A stretch of 64,000 nucleotides of DNA, from positions 43,204-107,203 of the forward strand of contig JBCCEW010000009.1 of NCBI GenBank assembly GCA_039030075.1. The letters run 5' to 3'. The notes beneath the pieces are model-generated. The model had not been told where the DNA came from and did no database searches. It worked only from the letters and a program-made list of their open reading frames with translations. This DNA is from Myxococcota bacterium (GTDB taxonomy: Bacteria > Myxococcota_A > UBA9160 > SMWR01). The translations under genes were made by a program, and so were the position numbers. Of the stretch, positions 17,998 to 27,004 are shown one piece after another (position 1 is the stretch's first letter; the number at the start of each line of letters is the position of its first letter).

Positions 17998-18780
17998 TCA
18001 GCCGGCTTCGGTGCCCTCGGTGAGGCGCTTCGCACAGTCGGGGCAGTAGCAGTGGGTGAACTGGGCGTCGCTGTGGGTGTCGATGTAGGACTCGAGCGGG
18101 TGCCACACCTCGGCCTCGTCGCGGATCTTCTTGCAAACGGCACAGATCGGGAGGAGTCCGGATAGCTGCTGCACCGCGTTGAGGGCCTGCTCGAGCTCGA
18201 CCCGGCTCTCGCGTTCGCTCTGCGCGGACTCGTAGAGACTGCGGCGCAGGCGCAGCTGGCGGAGTCGCAGCCCGATCCCGAGGGCGTTCGCGAACAGATG
18301 GGTCGCGACGGCGTCGTTCGGGTCGGGGGCCATCACGAACTGATCGATCGCGACGTCGGCGAGCGAGAGCGCACCCGCACCGAGCGCCTGGTAGAGCAGG
18401 CGCGCCGGTAGCGCGATGTAGATCGCCATGATCAGCAGGAGATCGACGCCGAAATGGGTGCGGTAGAGCACGTTGATCGCGATCACCAGGGCCACGCCGC
18501 CCGCCAGCTGCACCGCCATGATGCGATCCAGATCCGCGGGCGTGTCCACGCGTGAGGTCCACAGGAGCAGCGCTCCCATGAGCGTGATGATCATCGAACG
18601 CACGGCCATCAACGGGAGGAAGAAGGCCTGGTCGCGGTAGAGGTGCCACTCGAGGGGCACGTAGATCAACGCGAGCGCGCCCATCCCCACCAGCAATGCC
18701 CGTACCTGGGCGCGATCATCCTCGAGGTAGGCCCGACGCAGGGCGAGGGGTTCCGCGGTCGCAGGGGCAGGCAGGGGCAT
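17998..18780 (-). CDS. Multi-pass membrane protein with coiled-coil linker and C-terminal Cys-rich (CxxC...HCxCxxC) module; putative sensor
   Basis: About 5 hydrophobic helices (aa 25-175), then 'LRLRQLRLRRSLYESAQSERESRVELEQALNAVQQLSG', then 'LPICAVCKKIRDEAEVWHPLESYIDTHSDAQFTHCYCPDCAKRL' (nt 18025-18156). Confidence 0.7.
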   Translation of the reverse strand: MPLPAPATAEPLALRRAYLEDDRAQVRALLVGMGALALIYVPLEWHLYRDQAFFLPLMAVRSMIITLMGALLLWTSRVDTPADLDRIMAVQLAGGVALVIAINVLYRTHFGVDLLLIMAIYIALPARLLYQALGAGALSLADVAIDQFVMAPDPNDAVATHLFANALGIGLRLRQLRLRRSLYESAQSERESRVELEQALNAVQQLSGLLPICAVCKKIRDEAEVWHPLESYIDTHSDAQFTHCYCPDCAKRLTEGTEAG

Positions 18781-18924
18781 GTTCGGCTTCTCGGAGACGA
18801 CTCGTGCTGCGCGCGCTCAGCCTAGCGCGCTGTCACGGCCCGAGGGCGACCCGAATCGATGTCTTGGCCCCCTCGCTCGTGTTAGATTGCCGGCTCCGAA
18901 ACCCAACCCACCGGAGGACTTCGG

Positions 18925-19326
18925 ATGAGCTATCAGGGCGGCTGCTACTGCAAGGAAGTGCGCTACGAGATCGAGGGTGAGCCCGCGATGAAGGGCCAAT
19001 GCTTCTGCCGGGAGTGTCAGTACGCCACCGGTGGAGATTCCCTGCTCGTGATGGGCGTGATGGACGCCGCCTTCAAGGTCACGAAGGGCGAACTCAAGGG
19101 TTTCCAGCGCAAGGACCTCGACAACGGTGTGGTCCGCGAGTTCTGCCCGAGCTGCGGCACCCAGGTGGTCAGTCGTCCGCCGGGCGGCATGGTGATGGTC
19201 AAGGTGGGAACGCTCGATGACCCGGCTGCTTTCGGTGGTCCCCAGATGGCGATCTACACCTGCGACAAGCAGCCCTACCACCACGTTCCCACGGACATCC
19301 CGACCTTCGAAAAGCTTCCGGGCTGA
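18925..19326 (+). CDS. GFA family (glutathione-dependent formaldehyde-activating enzyme/CENP-V-like) protein
   Basis: GGAGGA SD. 'GGCYCKEVRYEI', 'CFCRECQ' and 'FCPSCGT' form the Cys pattern of the GFA Zn-binding fold. Confidence 0.85.
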   Translation: MSYQGGCYCKEVRYEIEGEPAMKGQCFCRECQYATGGDSLLVMGVMDAAFKVTKGELKGFQRKDLDNGVVREFCPSCGTQVVSRPPGGMVMVKVGTLDDPAAFGGPQMAIYTCDKQPYHHVPTDIPTFEKLPG

Positions 19327-19397
19327 CGCGTCCGGCGCCTGGTTCCCACTCGATCGCACGTCGCCGCAAACGGTTCGACGGTGCACGGAGACATGTC

Positions 19398-20489
19398 ATG
19401 AAAGCCGCCGTCATGCGGGTCAACAACGAACCGCTCTCGATCGAAGATCTCGTCGTCGACGAGCCCGCGCCCGGCGAAGTGCTGGTGAAGACCGCTGCTT
19501 CGGGCATCTGCCACAGCGACCTCCACATGGTCGAGGGCGGCATTCCGCTGCCGCCCCCGGCGATCCTCGGCCACGAGCCGTCCGGGGTCGTCGAGGCGGT
19601 GGGCGACGGAGTCACCGAAGTGGCCGTGGGCGACCACGTGATCGGTTGTCTGAACCGCTGGTGTGGTATCTGCGACTTCTGCACCGGTGGCCGACCCTAT
19701 CTCTGCTTGTCGACCTACGCGCCGACCCGCGGGTTCGAGGGCAAGCCGCGCATCACTACGAAGGAAGGCGAGGCCGTCGGTCAGCTCGGCGACCTCTCCT
19801 CGTTCGCCGAGAAGATGCTCTGCCCCGAGCGTTCCCTGGTGAAGATCCGCGATGACATGCCCCTCGACCGCGCCTGCCTGATCGGCTGCGGCGTCACCAC
19901 GGGCCTGGGCGCGGCGCTCAAGACCGTGAACATCCCGGCCGGTGCCACGGTCGTGATCGTCGGCTGCGGCGGTGTCGGCCTGGCAGCGCTGCAGGGCGCG
20001 CGCATCGGCGGCGCGGGCAAGATCATCGCCGTCGACGCCCAGTCGTGGAAGTTCGAGTTGGCTCAGTCGATGGGCGCAACCGAGTGCGTGGATGCGAGCG
20101 AGGGCGATCCGGTCGCGGCCGTGCAGGCCCTCACCGGTGGCGGCGCCGACTTCGTGTTCGAGTGCATCGGCCTGGTGCCCACCGTCCAGCAGGCGATCGG
20201 CATGACCGGTCGCGGCGGCACCACGGTGCTCGTCGGTGTGGTGCCGATCACCGAGATGGTGCCGATCTCCGCCGCCGATCTGACCCTCCAGGAGAAGAAC
20301 GTGACGGGTTCGTTCATGGGATCGAACCAGTTCCGCGTCGACATGCCGCGCTACATCGATTTCTATCTGGATGGGCGCCTGAAGCTCGACGAGATGATCT
20401 CTTCGCGCATCGGCCTCGACGATGTGAACTCGGCCCTCGACGCCATGCGCAAGGGTTCGGCCGCGCGTCAGGTCATCGTCTTCGACTGA
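19398..20489 (+). CDS. Zn-dependent alcohol dehydrogenase (MDR superfamily, class III-like architecture)
   Basis: 'SGICHSDLH', 'GHEPSGVVEAVG', structural-Zn loop 'CGICDFCTGGRPYLC' and NAD motif 'VGCGGVGLAA'. Confidence 0.9.
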   Translation: MKAAVMRVNNEPLSIEDLVVDEPAPGEVLVKTAASGICHSDLHMVEGGIPLPPPAILGHEPSGVVEAVGDGVTEVAVGDHVIGCLNRWCGICDFCTGGRPYLCLSTYAPTRGFEGKPRITTKEGEAVGQLGDLSSFAEKMLCPERSLVKIRDDMPLDRACLIGCGVTTGLGAALKTVNIPAGATVVIVGCGGVGLAALQGARIGGAGKIIAVDAQSWKFELAQSMGATECVDASEGDPVAAVQALTGGGADFVFECIGLVPTVQQAIGMTGRGGTTVLVGVVPITEMVPISAADLTLQEKNVTGSFMGSNQFRVDMPRYIDFYLDGRLKLDEMISSRIGLDDVNSALDAMRKGSAARQVIVFD

Positions 20490-20531
20490 GGCGGTTTCGA
20501 GGCGCGTGCTCCGGGGCAGTGGCTCGGGGGG

Positions 20532-21845
20532 CTACGCCGCGCTTACCGGCATCCGGTGGATCGCGGAGACGTGGAGGTTCGGCACCCGCTCGGGGGGGCC
20601 GGCGCTCTCGAATCGCGGCAGCAGCGGTATCAGCGCGCGCAGGGCGGCGCGCAGCTCCCATCGCGCGAGGTTCGCCCCGAGACAGAAGTGGGCTCCGAAG
20701 CCGCCGAACGCGAGGTGGCGGTTCGGCTGCCGCGTGATGTCGAAGCGGTAGGGGTCTTCGAAGACCGCCTCGTCGCGGTTCGCCGAGGGGTACCACATGC
20801 CCACGTCCTCGCCGGCGCGGATCGTGGTGCCCGAGAGCTCGAAGTCGCGCACGGCGGTGCGCGCGAACTGCACGACGGGCGAGGTCCAACGCAGGATCTC
20901 TTCGGCGGCGCCGTTGACGTGTCGAGGGTCGCTGCACAGAAGGGCCCGCTGGTCCGGGTGCTCGAGCAGCGCGTGGACGCCGCCACTCAGGGCGTTCTGG
21001 GTGGTCTCGTTGCCCGCGGCGAGAATCACGAACAGGTAGCCCTGGAGCTGCTGCTCGGTCAGCGGTTTGCCATCGATCTCCGAATGAACGATCAAGGTCG
21101 AGAGGTCGTCGCCCCCCGGTCCCTTCGCGCGCCGATCGCGCACGAGATCGATCATGTACTCGGTGATCTCGTCGAAGGCGCGCAGGACGCCGAGGTTGCG
21201 ATCCTCACCGTCGTGAAAGAACTCGGGTTCCGGCGCGCCGATCAGGACGTTGGTGAGGGTCTTGAGGCGCATCCAATCGCCTGTCGGGAGCCCCATCATC
21301 TCGCCGATCGCAGACAGCGGTAGCTTCTGGGCGAAACCGCGCACGAAGTCGCACGTCTTCCCCGCGGCGGCGGCGGCTTCGAGTTCGCCCGAGAACTCCC
21401 CGGCGAACTTCTGGGCGAGGGCATCGAAGTGCACCTCGAGCTTGCGCAGGGCAGCCGGCGTGAAGCGACGCGCCGAGAGCAGGCGAAAGTCCCGGTGGCG
21501 CGGGTCGTCCATGAAGATGAAGTCGGGGGGCTCGTCCGGATCCCAGCCCCGCGCCTCGGCGCGACCCCGCTGAGAGCCGAACTGGAGCTCGTCCTCGGCG
21601 ATCGTCTGGAGGCGCAGGCGTCGGCTGTTGACGAACACCTCGGCGTGCTTCGAGATCGTGAGGATGTCCGCGTGCCGTGTGATCGCCCAGAACGGGGCGA
21701 TGCCCTCGCGCTCGTACCAGAACACGGGCGCCTCGCGCCGCAGCAAGTCCCACTCCCGCCACGGATAGCCGCGTTCGACGTAGAGGTCCTTGCTGTGGAT
21801 GTCGAGAGTGTCGAGGGAAAGGGCGGCCACGCCGCATCCTACCAC
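20532..21845 (-). CDS. Cytochrome P450
   Basis: I-helix 'LAAGNETTQNA', 'EILRW', and haem-thiolate loop 'FGGFGAHFCLGANLAR'. The GTG start at 21845 is uncertain; the in-frame GTG at 21830 has a better SD. Confidence 0.9.
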   Translation of the reverse strand: MVGCGVAALSLDTLDIHSKDLYVERGYPWREWDLLRREAPVFWYEREGIAPFWAITRHADILTISKHAEVFVNSRRLRLQTIAEDELQFGSQRGRAEARGWDPDEPPDFIFMDDPRHRDFRLLSARRFTPAALRKLEVHFDALAQKFAGEFSGELEAAAAAGKTCDFVRGFAQKLPLSAIGEMMGLPTGDWMRLKTLTNVLIGAPEPEFFHDGEDRNLGVLRAFDEITEYMIDLVRDRRAKGPGGDDLSTLIVHSEIDGKPLTEQQLQGYLFVILAAGNETTQNALSGGVHALLEHPDQRALLCSDPRHVNGAAEEILRWTSPVVQFARTAVRDFELSGTTIRAGEDVGMWYPSANRDEAVFEDPYRFDITRQPNRHLAFGGFGAHFCLGANLARWELRAALRALIPLLPRFESAGPPERVPNLHVSAIHRMPVSAA

Positions 21846-21885
21846 CCCAGCGTGCGCCGCGGCGGGGCGACCTGAGGCGCGCGGC

Positions 21886-22857
21886 CTACTCGCCGGGGCG
21901 TTTCCCGCAATGGGGGCAGGCGTCGGGGAGGCTTCGCGTCTCGCGACGCTGCCAGGCGGCCTCGACCATCGTGATCGCCGAGTCCGGCTCGACTCCCAAC
22001 CGCTCGGCGAGGTCCATGAAGTCGCGGGACTCTTCGGGGCTCAGGTAGCCATCGGCCACCGCGATGTCGGCGTGGCTCTCGAGGCGTTCCTGGCGTCTCC
22101 GATGCGCGTTGGCGAAGCCCGAGGCCATGATACTGGTGGGCAGGGCGACGAGGCAGACGCCGACGATCGACACCGACGCGGCGAAGATCTTCCCCAGCGT
22201 CGTGACCGGCGTGACGTCGCCGTAGCCCACCGTCGTCAGCGTGACGACGGACCACCACATCGCGGCGGGAATCGACCCGAAGGCCTCGGGCTGGGCCTGG
22301 TGCTCGGCGAGATGGATTCCGGCCGCCACCAGGATCAGCAGCGTGCACATGAGGAAGAAAGCGGTACTGAACGAGTGCCGCTCGTGCCGGAGCACGTCGA
22401 GGATCATGCCCATGGCCGGCGAGTAGCGCGTGAGCTTCAGCACCCGCAGCAGGCGCAGGGTGCGCAGGAAGCGCAGGTCGATCGCGACGAAGGCCTGGAG
22501 GTAGAAGGGCAGGATCGCCAGCAGGTCCGCCAGGGCCAGCGGTGAGAACGCCCAGCGGAGCCGCCGCTGGTTCGGGCTCAGGTGCGCGAAGCGCGGGTTG
22601 CGCGAGTCCGCGACGCTCCAGATGCGCAAGAGGTACTCGGCGCTGAAGACCGAAACGCTCAACAGCTCGAAGACGAAGAAGACGAGCGCATAGCGCTCCA
22701 TCGCCGCATCCACCGACTCCATCACGACCGCGATGACGTTGAGCGCGACCAGCGCCATCAGCGCGAAGTCGGCCACACGGCTTGCCGTGTCGTCGGGCTG
22801 CGCCACGTCCAAAATCTCGTGGACACGCCGGCGTAGCTGGAGCTTCCGCACCTCCAT
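21886..22857 (-). CDS. Voltage-gated-type potassium channel (6TM, Kv-like)
   Basis: S4-like 'RFLRTLRLLRVLKLTRY'. Pore/selectivity filter 'WWSVVTLTTVGYGDVTP'. Confidence 0.9.
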   Translation of the reverse strand: MEVRKLQLRRRVHEILDVAQPDDTASRVADFALMALVALNVIAVVMESVDAAMERYALVFFVFELLSVSVFSAEYLLRIWSVADSRNPRFAHLSPNQRRLRWAFSPLALADLLAILPFYLQAFVAIDLRFLRTLRLLRVLKLTRYSPAMGMILDVLRHERHSFSTAFFLMCTLLILVAAGIHLAEHQAQPEAFGSIPAAMWWSVVTLTTVGYGDVTPVTTLGKIFAASVSIVGVCLVALPTSIMASGFANAHRRRQERLESHADIAVADGYLSPEESRDFMDLAERLGVEPDSAITMVEAAWQRRETRSLPDACPHCGKRPGE

Positions 22858-22978
22858 GCGTGCGCTATCGGCCGGCAGGTGCCCGCGCTTGGGCGCGAAA
22901 CCCGAGCCAGGACGCGCTCCTGCGTGGAACTACGGAGCCGTGCGTTTCGAGTTGAAACGTTCGGGAGGCGGTCCCCGG

Positions 22979-24172
22979 TCAGCGTGCGTTCTGAAGCTTC
23001 TTTCCTCGCTCGATCGCGTCGGCGATGGACAGCCGCTCCACCGTCGGGAGCGGCGGCTGCGCGTCGCGCTCGCCAACCCAGCGGAAGGTCATGAAGCCGC
23101 GCTGGTGCCCGGCGGTCTCGAGGTAGTTCGGGTGGTCGCTGCGCGCGTGCGCCAGGAGGAAGCGAACCTTCCCATCCGCGTCTACCACGACGTCCTCGTG
23201 GGTGCGCGAGGTCTTGCGCTTGCGGTAGTCGACCGACTCGTGCCAGGGGTTCTCGATCGCGAGGTTCCAGAACCGCGTGTCTGCGAGCGGCTCGACTTCG
23301 ATCAGCAGCGCTTCGTCCGGACCGAAGTCGTAGGTGCCGATCACGTAGAGGTTGTCCGAGCTGCTGATGTCGGCGCCGAAGTCGTCACTGTTGCGGAGCT
23401 TGAAGCCGTTCGGATCTTCTCCGAGCGCAGGCGAGACGTATCGGTGAAGGAGTCCGATCCCCTTCAGCGCATGCCCCGTGAACTGAATCGCGCGCGCGAT
23501 CTCCTGGTCCGTGGACGGCGGCAGGGGGGCGAAGGGAGCACGCCCCACCACCTCGATGTCGTACTCCGCGAGCGGCTCGTCGCGCGAACCGAGGTACTGC
23601 CGCACCAGCAGGGTACCTGCGCCGGCCTCGGGCCCACCCGGGATCCAGTTCTCGGCGCCCTCGGGCTTCTCTCGGGTCAGCCAGATCGTGAAGCGCCCCT
23701 CTTCGTCGGTCGCGATGGTGCGCTCGTTCAGGTACCCGATCGACTTCTGGCGCCCGCCGGGCTGCACCGACAGGAACTGGAACGAGAGGTGGTCGACGCC
23801 ACCCCGGTGCCCCGTGATCTTGTAGTCGAAGTTCCCGTTCCACACGACGTTGTCGTACTCGGCATCCGGGTTGTCCCCGCCGATCTTGCGGCGGCGGGTA
23901 TCCATTCGCGCGAAGTGGGGCGCCTGCGGGAATCCGTCGCCGCTGACGTCCTGGGACATGGCGAGGGTTCGCAGGATGAAGCGCATGCCCTCGGCCACTT
24001 CCCGTTCGGTCCGCGCATCGGCGAGGACGGTCGCGCGCAGCTCCGCGACGGTGCGCATCAGGCCGTCGAAGGCCTGCACGCTTTCGAGCTGCTCGAAGCG
24101 CGCGGGGTCCTCTTCGGCAGTCAGGGGAAGCGCACAGCAGAGCGCCAGGGCGAACGCGAGCGAACGGAACAT
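22979..24172 (-). CDS. Secreted protein, DUF1214-like (tentative)
   Basis: ATG 24172 with GGAGGA 8 nt upstream. Signal peptide 'MFRSLAFALALCCALPLTA'. 'IGGDNPDAEY' and the overall length recall DUF1214-type proteins (memory only). Confidence 0.5.
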   Translation of the reverse strand: MFRSLAFALALCCALPLTAEEDPARFEQLESVQAFDGLMRTVAELRATVLADARTEREVAEGMRFILRTLAMSQDVSGDGFPQAPHFARMDTRRRKIGGDNPDAEYDNVVWNGNFDYKITGHRGGVDHLSFQFLSVQPGGRQKSIGYLNERTIATDEEGRFTIWLTREKPEGAENWIPGGPEAGAGTLLVRQYLGSRDEPLAEYDIEVVGRAPFAPLPPSTDQEIARAIQFTGHALKGIGLLHRYVSPALGEDPNGFKLRNSDDFGADISSSDNLYVIGTYDFGPDEALLIEVEPLADTRFWNLAIENPWHESVDYRKRKTSRTHEDVVVDADGKVRFLLAHARSDHPNYLETAGHQRGFMTFRWVGERDAQPPLPTVERLSIADAIERGKKLQNAR

Positions 24173-24236
24173 GAGACAGTCCTCCAAACAGGGTGGGGTG
24201 TTGCGAAGCGCCAACGGCCGGCGCGGACGGGTGGGC

Positions 24237-25406
24237 TCAGCGTCCCTCGACGTAGCGCGCTCGGTAGCCGCCGAAGTCGCGCTCGATGCCGGCCTCGCTG
24301 AGCCCGAACTTCTCGAGGGTGTACTCGTGGGGCGGGCGCTTCTCGCGCGCGTTGTCCTCGGTCCATTGTCGCATCTGATCGGTCGCGAACTCGGTCAGCG
24401 GCTTGTCCAGGAATGCGTAGATGCGCGCTACCACGCCGAGCGGATCGCGGACCGTGTCGAGGAACTGGATGTCGAGAAAGCGATCGTCGTGGCCGCGATC
24501 GCGGAACTCCATGCAGGCGAGAATCCCGTCGAGGAAGATGCGCGACCACTGCTCGCCGGCCGCGATCGGGTCGGGATCGTCGCATCCGAGTTGCCAGATG
24601 TAGTGGGTCATGCTGCAGATCGAAGGTACGGATTCGATCGGGTCGCGGTGGGTTTGCACCACCGAGACGCCGGGAAAGGTCTCGAAGAGCTGGGGCATGT
24701 GGCCCATGTGGATGGGCGCCTTGAGCACCCAGCGGTCCTTGGCACGCCCCATCCGTCGGTGCTGCCACTGCAACAGCTGCAGGATTCGCTTCAGGTAGAC
24801 GTAGGCCGGCGTGGGATCCTGCTCGCGTCTCCAGGCTCCGAACTCGGGCACGTCCGCGTAGGCCTCGGCCATCGGCATCAGGAACGAGGGTTCCATCAGC
24901 ATGATCTCTTCGTCGGGCTTACAGGCATCCCAAGGATGAACCGACGCGAGCGCGGGTACGAACTCGAGGGTCTGTGCGACTTCTGCGCGTCCTTGTTCGA
25001 CGCGCGGGTCGGGCGATTTCCAGTCCCAGCCGCGGGGAGGAGAGGGAAAGCGGGTCTCGTACCAGAGCGCGGCGTCGAAGCTCGGGTCGGCCGCGATCAC
25101 GCGGTGCAGCATCGTCGTGCCCGTGCGCGGCAACCCCACGATCACGAGCGGATCGTCGATGGGCTCTTCGAGGATCTCCGGGTGGGTCCGAAACCAATGC
25201 TCGGCGAGCGCGCGTGCGGCGAGGGCGTCGATCAGGCGTTGGCGCTGGGCGCCGAGGCCCACCTCGTTGAGCTTCGCCTCGTTCGCGAGTGCGTGGCAGG
25301 TGCGTTCGAAGGGTTCGCGAAACGCCGGGTCCCCGAAGTCGTCGAGGCCCGTGACACGCCGCGCCTCGTCGAGGAGTCCGGCCGGGTCGAGGGAAAGCGC
25401 GCTCAT
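24237..25406 (-). CDS. Sulfotransferase family protein
   Basis: 5'-PSB loop 'GLPRTGTTMLHR' and 3'-PB motif 'THRDPIESVPS' (the PAPS-binding signatures). Confidence 0.8.
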   Translation of the reverse strand: MSALSLDPAGLLDEARRVTGLDDFGDPAFREPFERTCHALANEAKLNEVGLGAQRQRLIDALAARALAEHWFRTHPEILEEPIDDPLVIVGLPRTGTTMLHRVIAADPSFDAALWYETRFPSPPRGWDWKSPDPRVEQGRAEVAQTLEFVPALASVHPWDACKPDEEIMLMEPSFLMPMAEAYADVPEFGAWRREQDPTPAYVYLKRILQLLQWQHRRMGRAKDRWVLKAPIHMGHMPQLFETFPGVSVVQTHRDPIESVPSICSMTHYIWQLGCDDPDPIAAGEQWSRIFLDGILACMEFRDRGHDDRFLDIQFLDTVRDPLGVVARIYAFLDKPLTEFATDQMRQWTEDNAREKRPPHEYTLEKFGLSEAGIERDFGGYRARYVEGR

Positions 25407-25489
25407 GGGCGCATGATACGCTGCCGCACTCTCCGCGCGCGGGCTGGAGTTGCGCAGCGCGGATCGTCCAAGCTTGGTCGGAGGCAGCG

Positions 25490-26404
25490 ATGGGACTCGA
25501 AGGGCAGAAGATCCTCGTGACGGGGCCGGCAGGGCAGATCGCGTTCCCCCTGTCTCGAAGCCTGGCGGAGAAGAACGAGGTGTGGGGGATCGCCCGCTTC
25601 AGCGACGCGCGCACGCGCGAGCGATGTGATCAGGTTGGCATCACCACCCGCGCGGTCGACCTGGCGGAGCCCGATTGGCAGGACCTGCCCGACGACTTCG
25701 ACTACGTCCTGCATCTCGCGGCCGCGATCCTGCCCGGAGACGACTTCGATGCGGCGCTTCGCATCAACGCCGAGGGAACGGGACACGTGATGGCCCGCTT
25801 CGCGAATGCGAAAGCGTGCCTGATGATGTCGACCTGCGGCGTCTACGCGTCACCCGCGGACGGTGACGCGCCGGTAGTCGAGTCGGCAGCGCTGGGCGGG
25901 AGTCATCAGCCCTACGCCCCGACCTACTGCATCTCGAAGATCGGCCAGGAGGCGGTGGCCCGCTTCGCCGCGCGCAACCACGCGCTCCCCACGACGATCG
26001 CCCGCATGAACGCGGCCTATGGGGACAACGGGGGCCTGCCCGCGATGCTGGCGCATCAGGTGATCGCGGAGCAGCCGATCCCGCTGCTGCCCGGGCATTC
26101 CACCTGTTCGCCGATCCACGAGGACGACATCGCGCGCCACGTGCCGGGGCTGCTCGCGGCCGCGTCGGTTCCGGCGACGATCGTGAACTGGGGCGGCGAC
26201 GAACCCGTGCCGTTGCGCGAGATGTGCGAGTACATCGCCGAGCAGGTCGGGAAGACCGCCCGCTGCATCGAGTCGCCGGATGGCATCCACCAGTACCGGC
26301 TCGATCCCACGCTGCGGACGAAGCTCGCCGGGCCCTGCGAAGTCCCGTGGCGGGAAGGCGTGCGCCGCATGCTCGAGGCCCGCCACCCCGAGGCGCTGGT
26401 CTAG
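25490..26404 (+). CDS. NAD-dependent epimerase/dehydratase (extended SDR)
   Basis: 'ILVTGPAGQIA' glycine-rich loop. Catalytic 'YCISK' (YxxxK). Confidence 0.8.
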   Translation: MGLEGQKILVTGPAGQIAFPLSRSLAEKNEVWGIARFSDARTRERCDQVGITTRAVDLAEPDWQDLPDDFDYVLHLAAAILPGDDFDAALRINAEGTGHVMARFANAKACLMMSTCGVYASPADGDAPVVESAALGGSHQPYAPTYCISKIGQEAVARFAARNHALPTTIARMNAAYGDNGGLPAMLAHQVIAEQPIPLLPGHSTCSPIHEDDIARHVPGLLAAASVPATIVNWGGDEPVPLREMCEYIAEQVGKTARCIESPDGIHQYRLDPTLRTKLAGPCEVPWREGVRRMLEARHPEALV

Positions 26405-26459
26405 AGCAACACGCCCGTCGAGCGCAGGTCACTGGCGCCCACCCGCGGTCGACGCACGC

Positions 26460-26915
26460 TCAGGGACGCGTGGTCAGCTCGTAGATCCACACCCGTTCGA
26501 GCTCGCGGGGATCGCGGCGGAACATCGACTGGTTCGTCCAGGCGTCGGAGAACGCGTCGACCAGCGCCTCGTCGTCGATCCGCGCGGCGTGGGCCTCGTA
26601 GAGCGTGCCGTCGAGCCGGAGTCGCACGTTCGGGTCGGCGTCCATGTTCTGCACCCACTGGGTCTCGGTGTCGCCCGCATTCAGGAGCAGACGCCCATCG
26701 ATCACCGTGTAGGCCAGGTTCACCGAGTAGGGTTCGGAGGGGTTCGTCTCGAGTTCGAAGATCCCGGCATCGCCCGCGAACCCCCAGTCCGCCGGGGCGG
26801 GTTGGGCGTCGCCCTGGAGCGTGCCGCCCGGGAGCAGCAGGAAGGGGCCGTTACAGGCCACGCTCGAGGTGAGGGCGAGAGCGGCGAGCATGCATCGCAG
26901 CACGGGACGGTTCAC
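26460..26915 (-). CDS. Hypothetical lipoprotein (151 aa)
   Basis: GTG start with AGGAG SD. Lipobox 'LALTSSVAC'. The body ('WVQNMDADPNVRLRLDGTLYEAHA') vaguely resembles split-barrel/DUF385-type proteins, but this is not secure. Confidence 0.6.
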   Translation of the reverse strand: MNRPVLRCMLAALALTSSVACNGPFLLLPGGTLQGDAQPAPADWGFAGDAGIFELETNPSEPYSVNLAYTVIDGRLLLNAGDTETQWVQNMDADPNVRLRLDGTLYEAHAARIDDEALVDAFSDAWTNQSMFRRDPRELERVWIYELTTRP

Positions 26916-27004
26916 GGCGAGACTCCTGGCGGGCGCTCCCGACGTGGTGCCGGGGTTGCGGGCAGCCTATCCCAGTTCCCCGCGTTCGTGGAGCGATCGC
27001 GTCC

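Noticed and set aside
25468-25477. Short perfect palindromes CCAAGCTTGG (25468-25477) and GGGGCATGCCCC (44259-44270) in intergenic DNA
   Set aside because: With 5-6-bp arms and no spacer, these are expected many times by chance in 64 kb. No supporting context, such as an adjacent regulator or a repeat, is present.
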